The translations under genes and the position numbers were made by a program. A stretch of DNA of 64,000 bases from assembly GCA_030141605.1 (NCBI GenBank), contig JAQGDQ010000122.1:372001-436000 (forward strand). The letters run 5' to 3'. Shown here in pieces: positions 27,331 through 39,663 of this stretch. Origin of the DNA: Tubiluchus corallicola (Eukaryota > Animalia > Priapulida). The notes under the pieces were generated by a model. It was not told the DNA's origin. It worked only from the letters and a program-made list of their open reading frames with translations, and ran no database searches. The stretch's first letter is position 1, and each line of letters begins with the position of its first letter.

Positions 27331-28509
27331 GGATGTTTACTTACACTGACTGTTTCTGCTGTTTAGTCATAATATTAGGTTAAGTGTCGTGTTAGATTTA
27401 TATTAACATTAGTCATCAGCTTATCTGATGCTAACATTTACATGTTATTAAGTTCTGTCCAAAAAACTTACGCTGCATGTTGCTGTACTGTTGAAATTTC
27501 AAAGGTGGTTCTAGGTGTGATCAAGTAGTTACAGCCATGTAAAGGTAACACTAGTTCGTACAAGTCCTGTCTGTGAGATGTAGGCTAAGGGGACCATAGC
27601 CTTTGACCTATAGCTCAAAACTTCAAATGCGTATGTACATAGCAAAACTGAAATGGCTTACTGGCAACGAATGACTGGTGTACTTCTAAGCATTTGATGC
27701 ACTACGTCGGCATTTGTGGATAGATACTGCACGTCGATAAGTGGAACTACTGTCGTACTAATATGCCTCATCATACTTACTTGAATCATTAAAACATTTA
27801 TCATCAAGAAATTGCATAAGGAATAGCACGGATACAAATGTTTGTACCTCTCTGGCATCAGATTCTTATAATTCCTGTTATGCTGCCATCTAGCAACTGA
27901 AGAAATAGACATCCTAATGCAGTTGATTTGTGACCAATAGTTTGGTTACCAGAAACTGTTAAGTTAGCGATTTTGTGCAATTTGTTGATTGTAAATTCAT
28001 GGTGGCTGCTGGCGAAAGTTACTGAGTCATACAGACAAACAAAAATCTACGACATTTGCATGCACACACGTTTTGTCCAAATCTATAAAAAGCTTTTAGC
28101 TAAAACGTCGATGTTGCCGTCCATCACATGGTGCATTTCGACTGACATGAAATGAGGGACATAACTTTGTTGCAGAAATAAAAGATCAGGATTTGATGCA
28201 TTTCATTGTGATTTGAGATTTGCAGTTTAATACCTTAGAGAACTTTAGCCTGATGTCCTGTCTACTTGTTACCGGAATCCACATATTTTGACTCCATTCC
28301 TGTAAGATTGGCTTCTGTTGTTTGATATAAAATTACCAATTGCAGTGAAATTGTAATAAAAAATGTCTTTATTTGTTTGAAGTCAATTTTGGCGTTCATA
28401 ATATTTCATTGAAAATGAGAATTTTATAAATTTGTTGGTGGTCCACTTCCTGTGATGCTTGCACAGGGTTGCTCTGTCCTCTATGAATTGGCTTCGTTGT
28501 TCTGAGATG

Positions 28510-29082
28510 TAGGGATGTTAATGATAACGATACGTATCAATAATTATCGTATCGTATTTTGTCTTTTATCGCTTGCCTTTATAAAATTACTTCACTTTGC
28601 TTTTCAATTTTCTTACAGGAATTAAGCAAAACAGTGGATAAAAGAATTATTTAAAATTATAAGCTTGTCAGACGTATGGAGTTACACTTTCGCTTTACAA
28701 TAGCGGTTATCTTTATTTTGATTCTGAATCATGCAGACTCGCAGATGCCGAGTAGCGTGTACCATATTTTTGGTGTCATCGTTTCGGACATGTGTAATTG
28801 TGCAGCTCCCATAGATAAATCTTTATATCGTAGTAATCTATGTATCCATCGCAGCTTACTTATTTATGAATCGTTATAACAACGAAGCAGAAAATTTCGT
28901 CGTAGTCACGTTAAGGTTACATGAATGGTTTAATTATTAGAGATATTTTTCTGTTGTTGCATACATTTTCTAACTTCAGTATTGTTTTTATCCTTCGAAA
29001 TAATTTATCGTATTGTATCGTATCGTCTAAAAAGTGGATTATCGTTATCGTATCGCCAAATTTGTGTTGTTTAACATCCTTA
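28510..29082. mobile_element. hAT-like MITE, family H2, copy 2
   Basis: tagggatgttaatgataacgatacgtatcaataattatcg ... ttaacatcctta; ends match 24129-24562; TSD eroded. Confidence 0.75.
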
Positions 29083-29185
29083 CTGCAAACTGAATTTGAA
29101 GTTATTGGACCCATGCTATTTTGGGCCTAGGCATAGCAGTGTGCTATTATTGTACATCTACTTGTACCACTGTTGCTTGTGTAAT

Positions 29186-29275
29186 CTACAGTGGTAACAT
29201 GCTTACTTTTGTGTAAGATTGTGGGTTCAATTCTCTGGCTGGGTAATACCACAGACTTAAAAATGATGCCATTGT
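29186..29275 (+). mobile_element. Truncated MetaSINE-like element
   Basis: agtggtaa (A box remnant), gggttcaattc (B box), then gggtaataccacagacttaaaaatgatgcc core. Confidence 0.55.
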
Positions 29276-29435
29276 TTAATGTTTCTTAAAGTAATCTGCA
29301 GGTAATAGCAATTATTGTTCTGCAGGTTTAGTTGACGACTGAAGTTAGCAAAAATTTGAGGTTTCTTTGATGGTTGACGTTAAAGTTAAGTTTAAATAAA
29401 TATCATTGTTGTAGTCAATGTCATTGTTATTTTTG

Positions 29436-29580
29436 ACCAGACGGTTTGGTCTAGTGGTAACGCATTGGCTTTTCGTCTGGGAGGTCGTGAATTCGATACA
29501 GAGGCCAGTAATACCAATGACTTTAAAAATGGTACCTGCTGTTGCCCTGCCTGATGTGTAGTATTTAGGGTAAAAGTGGG
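29436..29580 (+). mobile_element. MetaSINE/MESC-like tRNA-derived SINE
   Basis: A box tggtctagtgg, B-box remnant gaattcgatac, then ataccaatgactttaaaaatggtacctgctgttgccctgcctg, resembling the Meta central domain as recalled. Confidence 0.7.
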
Positions 29581-30339
29581 GTAATAATAATCTCTGTTAT
29601 GTAGTTGTAGGTTGTTGTTTACAGTCAGCCCAAAGGCTCTTCAGAGCTTAAGTTAATTGTTGACTCAAAAAGCTGACTTTAAACAAAGATTATTATTTTT
29701 TTGTGGTAAGATGGATAGTACTAAATGCCTGCAAACCCACTAATAGCAGATGGTGAAATATTTACTTTTGATAGTTACCTAAATTCATTATAAGAATACG
29801 GAAAGGGACTTTTAAAGTTATGGTAGTCAAGTTAAAATAAGTTAAACGAGTTTTTGCTTATCTGCACATGACCACTTGCAATCAAACAATTGATGAATTT
29901 ATTATTGAGATCTTTTTTATTTAATGTGTAGTAGGCATAGCAGTATGTGCGGTACATGCTGCTGTGAGCAGTTAATTTTTGGTGAAAATTGATTTGAGGT
30001 TTTTTACTTTGTTACACAACTTACTGGCAAAAAATGTTACAATGTGAGTATCCTAAAAAACTATTTTATCTTTTGTTTTATAATCTATATTAGACTATTT
30101 ATAAGTACAGTATTGTTTTAACAACAGCTTTATCTGGTATTTATGCCTGGAGATTTTGCGGCGCTTTTGGTATTGTAGGTACAGCAGAGACGGCGTTTAC
30201 TCTTCCCATCGCTGCATCACTACTGCTTATTTCTGCAAACTCGGTAGTTCCATAATGGTTGTGCGAATTTTTTCTGTGGTTTTATCACTGACTTGCGCCA
30301 GGCTGTGATGTTCAAAACCCAAGAACAGACATTCTTGTT

Positions 30340-30616
30340 ATTGACTGATGCGAGCTTTTTCAGGTGGATATAGCTAGTGCGCATGCGCGCGATTGTGCAT
30401 GCTGTTTATTCTTGCTGTGGGTGTGTACAGACTGTGGCCTGCTGTCCTTTCGTAGCTGTAGACTTCCATGTCTAGGTGTGTGTAGTGTGCTGCAGAAAAC
30501 ACCTGGATTTTTACCTGCCGGTTTGCTGTTCATTATTTTCACACAGTGGATAAGATCTTTGCAGCGGAAATGTAAGCTTTGGAATAGTAGCAGTATGCTG
30601 TGACTCATACAATCAG
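30340..30616 (+). promoter_or_regulatory. Candidate promoter with NRF1/Ewg-type site and non-coding first exon
   Basis: TGCGCATGCGC at 30378-30388 in a CpG-retaining patch; donor CAG|gtaact at 30617; 2.1 kb upstream of the cadherin ATG. Confidence 0.45.
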
Positions 30617-32741
30617 GTAACTGCCTTATAAGGTAAAGTTTAGAAATCTGTTGCGAATAATTAATACTAAATTGGCGGTCGCCTACTGTATGTTGCCTTG
30701 AACCGGCGTTAGAAGTTTTGAGTTTTAGTTGGACAGGGATGCTTTGCTTCAGCAGTTTTCTCTTCCTGTTAACTTTTTTTATTAGCGAACCTGTATCCGT
30801 ATAGCTATTACAGACTACCGAAATCAGAATTGCATTAGTGCATGAAACGTGTCACTTTTTAATAATTTTTGTTTTAGCACGAGAGTTCGAATGTGTACTT
30901 TTAAAACGAAAAACTCATTCTTGTTCGACGGAGATGTTTAGGCACCTTGCCTTGTCATGCCTTATTGATTGCAAATACCTTTTTCTCCAGTGCACGCAAA
31001 CGTACATACTGTACCCAACATAGAATGCCATTATGCTAGTCTCTGCTGTGTTTACTTTAGCTGACATAGCTCTCATACTTGTTAATCAATTTAGAGAGGG
31101 GAGTAATTATTTCTTTTTGTCGTCTCATGGGGTAATAAATAAGAGATTTAAACCTGAGCAATCCCTGAACAAATGTTCATCTGTAACAACTATGCGTTGA
31201 GGGGTTGTTTGTAAATCATGGCTGCAAGGAAAAACTGTGAATCATTCGTTTAGGGCTTTCAAGCTGTCACGATTGATGTCATTTCCTGTTATGAGAAACA
31301 GATCTGCTTCATCGGGATGATATTATAGCTGTATCATAAATTATGGTAACTAGTGATTACAGAATAGGATGGTAATAGAATGTTAACTCAATGAGTGACT
31401 GAGCAAAAACAGGTTTTATAGTAAGGTTAAGGTTGTTTGACATTCCTCCAGTCCAGTAAATACAGCTTTGGAGTATTACGAGGCTAGTGGTAGGTGTAAT
31501 CATGGAATGTTTGTGCTAAAGTGGACATTGTTTATTACTAAATATCATTGAATTGATCCGAAACGGGGTTTTAGGAAGCGACACCATAATAAATAGCTTT
31601 CCCGTGTTATCTAACATATTTGCGTGCATGTACATGTTTACATAACCCTATGTAAATATGATTTCGTTTTATAGGCCAAAACTAAGAATTGTCAAATTTT
31701 GATGTTATGGTTGTGTTATTTAAGTTATTTTTCAATCAAATTAACAGCGATAGGGTTGGTCAGCCTCAACAAAGAAAAGAAAAAATGTCATTTAATGCTA
31801 AGAATGTTAGTAAACTTCATAATCAGGTTTTTCTTATGATTAAAGGCTGAATAATGATTTCATTCCAAACTTGTTCTTGAAAGTTATGAGTAAAGAGAAG
31901 ATTTAGGTCATTTACTATTGTGCTCTGTTTATCATCTAGTTATCATATTTACTTTCACAAGACTTTGAAATTTGTTTCATGAATATTTAGGCCAGAAGTT
32001 TACCTATAGATCTGTACATATGTTGGACAAATTTTGTGAATTCTTCAAATAATTTTGGCACAGCAATGCAATTTTTAGTAAGAAAAGTAAGTCTTTAGAG
32101 TAAGCAAGTGTTTAAAAAGTTTTTGTGATTGAAATGACAGAATGCTTCCTCACAAATCTTAATTTTCTCAGCAACAAGCTAACCCTGCATTGCCCTAACT
32201 TGGCGCATTAGACCGTGTATAAGGAAATTGAGAATTAAATTTTATCGCGAGTTACTTTTTAGTTTGTTTAGAATGCACAGAAGTTAAATTTTAAGAGTGC
32301 ACCGTGTCTGCTATTTTAAGATTAGGATATTGTTTTACTCTACTGAATTGGGAATGTAAAAATGGCATACTAAAGCTTGTTAAAGAATATTCTGCATCTT
32401 TCTGTGTTTCTGAGTGATGTTTGGGTAGTTGCCTTGGCAGTTTTGTTGGCATCAGAATATGTTATCAATACACCAAGAACCTATGTTGTATTGTGACATC
32501 ATGGTTCTTGTCAAATAAGTTCCTAGTCACTGTAAGTTATCTATTGTCTTAACAATCAGTTCTTTATTTGATTGGAAAAGTAATTCAAAGCCTGTAGAAT
32601 GAATTTTAGTCAGCTAGTTATATCTTGATTGTTTTAACAATTGGCTTGTAACATAACTATGAAACTGATGCATGAACCTGAAGAATATGTTAAATAACTT
32701 TTTTCAAATTACAACATTAAAATTTGTTATTTTGGTGAATC

Positions 32742-34640
32742 ATGGACTCTACTAAGAAAAACTTGAATGTGTTTTTCATCATCATCTCAGGTTGTCTTGT
32801 GTTTGGACCACTTTGCTGTACATCTTGTAGTAATCTTGGAATAAATGGACCTATAGCCATCTATGTACGTGAAAATATAACTTCTGACACAGAGGTAAAA
32901 TTGATACATTGGGAAGCATATGGAAAGGTCTTTCTCAATGTAAAGGAAACAAGTGAAGAACAAATTTTTAATGTGAGCACAAACTTTACCGAGTCCTACT
33001 CGTACATTTTTCCTATTATAAATATTCAAGACTGGATCAGTAGCAAAGAAAATCCCTTGGATCATCTCCCAGTGAGAATGGACATAGTCTGCAATCATGA
33101 AGCAGCGGATGGCAGCACAGAAACATCAACTTTTAAAACACTTGTCTATATTGGAGATGTTAATAACAATGCACCGAAATTTATAAAATCCTGGCAATAT
33201 ACAAAGACAATACCAGAATTTGAGAAAATTGGGAAAACATTTTTTACTTTAACAGCAACTGATGAAGATTATGAGTCACCAAATAATCTTGTGTTTTACT
33301 CACTAGAACCTGGTCTGTATTCTCACTACCTTGAAATCCCAGATATGAGGGAAGGCCATGTTAAATTGAAACATAAGCTGAACTATGAAGTACTGAAAAA
33401 TTTCACAGTTATAGCAAAAGTTCATGATGGAGGTGACATTCCTTTGTCAGATTCCACAACCCTTAAAATCACTGTCACTGATGTTATGCAAAAACCTGTA
33501 TTTCTTGATTCACCTTACCAAGGCATGGCAAACTGCAGTGCATTTAACAGTAGCAGCCGTATGAAATTAGATATAAAGCCTAAAAAAATACGTGCTGTTG
33601 ACTATGATACTTCGTTAGATCATGAAATCCGTTACAGTTTACCGGCATTAGAGTATGACCCTGCTGGAGATAAGTCTTTGTTTCATATTGACCATGTTTT
33701 GGGTAACATGACAGTAGAAAATAAAGTGTGTTCACAGGATACTGGTACAGATTTTGCTGAATATTTAATTTTAGTCAGAGCTGTGTTACTTTCTGATCAC
33801 ACTGCCTATACTACAACATCTGTACACATTACAATCTGCTGTATTAATAACCATAAACCAATTTTTGACAAGAAAACTTATTTTTTACGTTTAATGGACA
33901 CCATGCCCAATGGGAGTAGCATTGGCTATGTTTCTGCATCAGATCGTGATGGAAATGAAATCAAATACCATATAAGACCAAAGACGGTTAGTGAGAAACT
34001 TGTGCTGACAGTGAGTTCTACTGGCATGTTGAGGACAGTTGAAGATTTCCTTAAAAGTAGTGTGGACCATTTCTCATTTGTACTTAAAGCTGATGATGGA
34101 AAATTTTCTGATGAAGCAAGTCTAGATATTCAGTTGATAAGAACAAACAGCAGAAACCCAAAATTTCAACAAGGTCTCTTTACAGCAACTATTGACAAAA
34201 AGGGTGGCACCGTCGTCCGCCCTAACAGAGGTGTCGCTAACTTTAAAGCTCATATTGTTGGAAATCCTAACGCATATCTGCAATACAAGCTGCTACCCCC
34301 TAACAGTGATTTCTTAATCGACAAAGAGGGAGAGGTTTATACGAAACTCAGTGTAGTGAACGCCACTGATAAAGTGGTTGATATCAATGTGGTAGCGTGT
34401 AATGAGCCAAATGAAGAACTGTACGAAGATAAACGTTGCAGTTATGCTAGAGTCGTCGTAACGTTGGTTAAATCTCGCTCGTTGCGACGTCTTTCTGTGG
34501 GAGCTGTTAAAAATGAAGAAACGCAAAGCGATGACGGTTCCAGTCGAAAGTTCTACGGCACCATGTTGCTTGCAGCTGTGGGAGGTGTGATGTTAGTCAT
34601 CATTGTCCTGCTAATCATAAATCTTTTAAGAACTGAATAG
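32742..34640 (+). CDS. Intronless non-classical cadherin, 632 aa, Cad99C/PCDH15-like; signal peptide, ~5 EC repeats, C-terminal hydrophobic helix, no cytoplasmic domain
   Basis: Motifs VRE, DVNNNAPKF, IPE, ATDED, LNYE, VHDGG, RAVDYD, INNHKPIF, ASDRD, ADDG and NPKF. Hydrophobic N-terminus; hydrophobic segment MLLAAVGGVMLVIIVLLIINLL followed by RTE*. AATAAA at 34693. Confidence 0.93.
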   Translation: MDSTKKNLNVFFIIISGCLVFGPLCCTSCSNLGINGPIAIYVRENITSDTEVKLIHWEAYGKVFLNVKETSEEQIFNVSTNFTESYSYIFPIINIQDWISSKENPLDHLPVRMDIVCNHEAADGSTETSTFKTLVYIGDVNNNAPKFIKSWQYTKTIPEFEKIGKTFFTLTATDEDYESPNNLVFYSLEPGLYSHYLEIPDMREGHVKLKHKLNYEVLKNFTVIAKVHDGGDIPLSDSTTLKITVTDVMQKPVFLDSPYQGMANCSAFNSSSRMKLDIKPKKIRAVDYDTSLDHEIRYSLPALEYDPAGDKSLFHIDHVLGNMTVENKVCSQDTGTDFAEYLILVRAVLLSDHTAYTTTSVHITICCINNHKPIFDKKTYFLRLMDTMPNGSSIGYVSASDRDGNEIKYHIRPKTVSEKLVLTVSSTGMLRTVEDFLKSSVDHFSFVLKADDGKFSDEASLDIQLIRTNSRNPKFQQGLFTATIDKKGGTVVRPNRGVANFKAHIVGNPNAYLQYKLLPPNSDFLIDKEGEVYTKLSVVNATDKVVDINVVACNEPNEELYEDKRCSYARVVVTLVKSRSLRRLSVGAVKNEETQSDDGSSRKFYGTMLLAAVGGVMLVIIVLLIINLLRTE

Positions 34641-34692
34641 ACTGTCTACATACATAGTTTAATAGTATGTTTAATAGTGGCTACTTTTTCAC

Positions 34693-34698
34693 AATAAA
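34693..34698 (+). terminator. Candidate polyadenylation signal of the cadherin gene
   Basis: AATAAA 53 nt after the TAG stop; further AATAAA copies near 35093-35110. Confidence 0.5.
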
Positions 34699-35322
34699 AC
34701 AGGAGGGTAACTTTTACTATATAAGTATTTGCGTCCAGGTAAAACAGAAACTTTTCATCGAACAAGAAGAGCAGTTCATTCTGGTTAGTAGTCGTCTTGA
34801 GCATCATTACTTACCAGACGACTTTTATTTATTTATTTTTTTGTAAAAATAACCAAAAACGTATGTCAACGATGTGCGGTACATGCCTGCCAAGCATGTT
34901 CTGTTCATTCGTAACAGTGCAGTAGTAAGGAATTTTTCTATTGCAATTTTATTTGTTCATTCGTGTCATGTACTGCTCTGTGTATTTCCTCTGAGACATT
35001 GTAATTTTCATTTATAGCTGTTTATTGATGGACTTAGATGATGTTCTTTTTTCTCAATTGACTATTAGACTGTTTTTAGTCTCGTGCTTGCAAATAAAGA
35101 CAAATAAAATTTGTTATTTTCAGTTGACTATTAGGCTGATGAAGAACAAATGCGTAACTCTTCATTCAGTATGGATATACCCACTTTAGTGAAGTGGCTA
35201 TTATTGATACATTTTTACATAGGTCTATGTGTATATACGTTTTTGCAAGTTTTTTTGTTTTAGTCTGTTTTTAGTCTCATGCTTGCAAGTACAGGCAAAT
35301 AAAACTTCTGATTAAATAAAAA

Positions 35323-35620
35323 TCTCTCTCTCTTTCTCTCTCCCTCTCTCTCTGTCTCTCTCTCACTCACTCACTCCCCTCTGCCTTTCACTTTACCTCA
35401 CCTCTTTTCCTCCGTCCCCTTTTCTTCCATTTTTCTCAGCATATCCTCCATGTTTGTCTTTCTCTTTCGATCTCTTTCCCCCTTCTTCCTGTTTATTTCT
35501 CTGCCTACCTCCTCTTCTTTGTTCCTCTGCCCAGTCTCCCCTCTTTTGCCATTCCTCTCCTATTTCTCTCTCCCTCTATCCTTTCTCCTCCTCCTCTCTT
35601 TCTGTAAACCCTCTCTGTCC
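35323..35620. repeat. CT-rich low-complexity polypyrimidine tract
   Basis: Degenerate (CT)n/(CCT)n; explains the S/L/F/P-rich ORF 35450..35812. Confidence 0.85.
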
Positions 35621-36354
35621 TTGATTGCACTGCCTGACAATGCAGCAACACAATACTATCTCTCCAGGGCTGAGAGTTCATTCATCAAACCCTCTTATCT
35701 TTTTCTGGTTAACATTCCTATCCGGCAGTGTTTCACAATACATTTCCCCCATGTACAGTTAATCATATGTTTGATGATCCCGGTTGATGATACACTCGAC
35801 AAACTGGAATGAGCGAGTGACGATCAATATGGTTCGGCTGATCCATCAACCGTCCTCATACTTCTCTCATATTTCCATCATCCTTCCAGCTTGTTGCCTG
35901 CTCGTATGCCAATAAACATGCGTTTTCTCATTAGCGCGGAGCTCTCTTTGAAAGTTTATCCTAGTCATCATAAGATCACGGTTGTGCGACAACTGTTCTG
36001 ATGAGTTTGTTTCGTGTGCTATTGCTGATACTTGCATCCGCTCTGATCAGACTTGCAGTATTGCATGACAAAGCCGTTTAAAATCATTAGCGGCAGGGCC
36101 GCGTGATTAAACCGCAGAGATTACTACGCTATGGAGTCAAGTTGATGCGAGGCATTAGCTTTTATGTGACATTGAGGAGTAACAATAGATCATTTATGTA
36201 TAATAAGTACGTTTTATACAAGGCTTCATGGGATGTTGTTTTACAGGGCTTCATTTGCAAAAAAGCACCAACATTGCATGGGTTTCTTGCTTATCTCACC
36301 TGTTGTCTTCAGTTTTTATTATACCACACTGCCACTGACGTTTGTGTTGGTAAA

Positions 36355-36595
36355 ATGTTGATGATGACGGTATTAGTGATGATAGTGGCAACAGCTGCAG
36401 AATGGCAGCGGTAATAATCAGTGATTGTGTTCGTAGTAGTGATGTAGATGATTGGATGGATGACGATAACCTAAGTTAGTTATCAGCTGTAGTGAAATGT
36501 TGCTAGTGATGGTAATGGCGAAAACGACAGTGATGACGGTGGTGGTGGTAATACAAGTGCCTGGCAGTGATAGTGGTGGTGGTAGCAGCGAGTGA
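36355..36595. repeat. Degenerate (GAT/GGT/AGT)n low-complexity tract
   Basis: gatgatgacggtattagtgatgatagtggc...ggtggtggtagc. Confidence 0.65.
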
Positions 36596-37302
36596 CAACG
36601 AGAAGTCACGTTTCATTGTAGAATAGTTGAATACTTTTGATGTATTTTTTCAATTACCAATTTTTCTTTGTTATTTTTTATCAGAGACGAAATCTGCCAC
36701 ACTTTATAGTAATTTGTAACTAGCTTTCAGATCCACGAACTTTAGATTAGTTTATATTAAAGTCTAATAAATTAGTATTAAATTAAACCAGATAAGAAAT
36801 TGCACAATCAGTTGTAGAACTTTGCTTTACTTTGCAACTGTTTTCTACATTTGTACGTTATACATGTATGTAATAACTATTACGACTTCTTTGTGAATTG
36901 TACAACATTTCTACAAAAGTGCTTCAGATCGATATATTGTGAACAGGACTACATCGTGTATACGCTTTATCAGCGTGGTTTGGTTGAGCGAGTATGGCAT
37001 TGATTATATGATGCTTTCAGGAAAAATGTGCTGGCTTTTTGCTGATGACACAAGTGTTTGTGAAAACGCCTAGGAAGCATTATCCAGTAAGCTGCGGATA
37101 TTGGTGTAAAAGCCGGGTTGAAAACGCTTTTACGCGTAATGATTTGGCATAGAAAGAGGTTAAAAATGCTCTCGTATAATAGTCTGTCAAAGGAACAAAT
37201 TATAAATGGTTTCCTGTAGTGGTATGGCGTAGAAATTTGCTTGAAACACTGTCATGTAGTCGTCAAATAATGTAACAGTCAATTTTGTGCCAGTTTCTTT
37301 AA

Positions 37303-37690
37303 AGGAAAACCGGACCCAATCTTAAAATTGTAACTCAAAACAATCTGTTCTACAAATTATTGAAAGTAAACATATCTTGGTACTATTTTTTCAAGAATGC
37401 CTCAAAAAATTATTACCACAGAATTGTAATTTCGCATTCGCACTTCCAGTTATTCATTGTTGTATGTTTTTCGCTATTCGCTAGTTAGTTAGATGGGCAT
37501 CAGTACCTGCATCTTTTATTGCATTACACATAAAAACATGCTGTACGTCTCAGTTCAGAAGTGTTAATTTGTGATGTAGTACACATTCAAGAGTTAATGC
37601 GTGACCACAGCAGTAAAATTAAATTTCATGTTTTGTCTTAAAATTTGCCGAGTTTTTGCACATCATGCTGAAAGATGTACAGTAGCACAG
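37303..37690 (+). mobile_element. Kolobok-like family K, copy 2 (3'-truncated)
   Basis: TTAA|aggaaaaccggacccaatcttaaaatt...; colinear with 52651-53010. Confidence 0.8.
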
Positions 37691-39299
37691 TACTTGACCA
37701 GACTGACAGAGTGACTACGAACTTTCTCGAAGTATGAAATTTAGAACAGTTCTTAGTTAGATCTGGCATTAAAATCTGTGAAATTACTTAAGTTTCTTTT
37801 TTAAGTTTACAAAGCCTTAAATCCGTTAATAATCAAATTCAAATTCAGTTTATTTCACCAGCAAACTACAATAATGCAAATATACATGTAGAACATCTTG
37901 TATAATTGAAAACTGCAAAAAATAAAGTTAATACTGACTTCCTAGAAATACTGTATTAAGGTGTTGAAGTTTGCCTCGTGGTAGCTAAAAAGGGGACCTT
38001 GTTACCATGAAATGTGAAATGAGGAATGAAGAAGGTAGATGATGAGAAAAGAAGAGCCATGTTGCAGTTAGTAGAAAGAAAACAGAAGGAAAGAAGAAGT
38101 CGAAAGAAAACATAAAATAAGAAAACAATGACATCAGACAGGTAATCATCAGACATTATAAGATAAGTAGCTGTCGGCTTATGATTGTCAACTTCTATGT
38201 CTATTTTTGAATGTAAACTAAACCTGTTTCTTGTGCATTAAGTCATTTTTGCAGCATGTATCGCTGTCTTGCAAGATTATTAACTATGGCACTTGATTGG
38301 CAGTAATTGTTGTAAAGCTTCTCTTCAATCACCTTCAAACTAACTGCAGTATTACTTATTAATCACTCAATTTCAGCCGAAATTAAACCGATGGGAAAAT
38401 TGAACAAGTGGAAATTTAGCTGTGTGGGGTACCGGTTGAGTTTAATCAGTGTAGCATTTATTGTGTTTGGACGTACTGTGTGTTTTGTTAGATTTCTGCA
38501 GAAATATAATTTATTTAGTATTGGCTGAATTGAGTTAGTGTTTTAAGCATGCAAATACATGAATTATTGCTTTTGAAATCGTATTTTACAATATTGTCTC
38601 ATTTAAGGTGCTTTGAGGTCCAGTAGTCTTGACATTGGGCTTGTAATCTAAACGTCCATGGTTCAAATGTAAGCTTATTTCAGTTTTTTTCACGCTTCTT
38701 TCTTCCAGCCAAAATTGCCTTCAGACGTCAGTTTAGGCGTAATATTATCGGAATCCTTTTTTTGGGGGATTTTCATAGTGTTTTTAAGTAAACTCTAAAC
38801 AAAGGATTTTTATTATTGCTCTCGTGTAAATTGTATGCTGCTGATGCATTGATTGAAAACAAGGTTTTGGTGCTTTGAAACGTCCTGAAATAATGATGAG
38901 GCTCTTTCCTACGAAACCACGTCGCTCTTAACACTGAACGCAAATCCCTAGCTGTTCCTTTAATTTTGAATTTTTGCATGTTAAAATTGCGATCGTTGCG
39001 CATGACGTTATAAACTTATAATGACATTAGGAGAGGTCGTTGACAAAACAACAGTTCCCTAAGCAGCCTTTAATGAGCCACCGCTAATTGAATTCGGCCA
39101 AATAATAGTTTATGGTATCTATGTACAGTGTAGCTTATTGATTACACTTTGCCTGCACAGTGCGGTGAGCCCTGTTAGTTCAGCTTCTAAATTATTTAAT
39201 ATAGGCTATTCTAGGAGTAACAATAAATATTTGATTCTTCCCCGTCCGTTTGTTACATTAGTGAATAGAGATCACCTTAATTACACCTGGAAGTTTGGG

Positions 39300-39612
39300 G
39301 AATTCGCGTGAAAATTTTGGTGAAATGTTGGTTCCTGGCTTCACGCCTTTCGGCCGGCTTCATCTCCTGGGATGTAAATTATCTGAGACAGTGCACTGCA
39401 AATGGAGATGGGTGACAGTAATTGTCTTGCGGTTGTAGAAGAAGCCAAGTTGTATTATTTACAACGATAAGCTGCAGCATTAGTGGCCAACGAATGAGGA
39501 GTGCAAACAGCATCAGCAGCAGGTTTAGACTGCACCATTAAATGTGGTCTGCTGCAAGATTGCAGAGGGTACCGCTATTTTATGAAATTTGACAATAATT
39601 CTTATGCCAACA
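39300..39612 (+). promoter_or_regulatory. Candidate proximal PMCA promoter and non-coding first exon
   Basis: CpG patch (ttcgcgtg, cacgcctttcggccggc) followed by donor ACA|gtaagt at 39613, 4.3 kb upstream of the PMCA ATG exon. The start coordinate is approximate. Confidence 0.35.
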
Positions 39613-39663
39613 GTAAGTTAGCGTTTTGGTTACCATTTATAGCTTAAATACCATTTTGTTTAA

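Noticed and set aside
32787-33098. Antisense ORFs within the cadherin (also 34314..34526)
   Set aside because: Shadow frames of a real coding sequence, with no motifs of their own.
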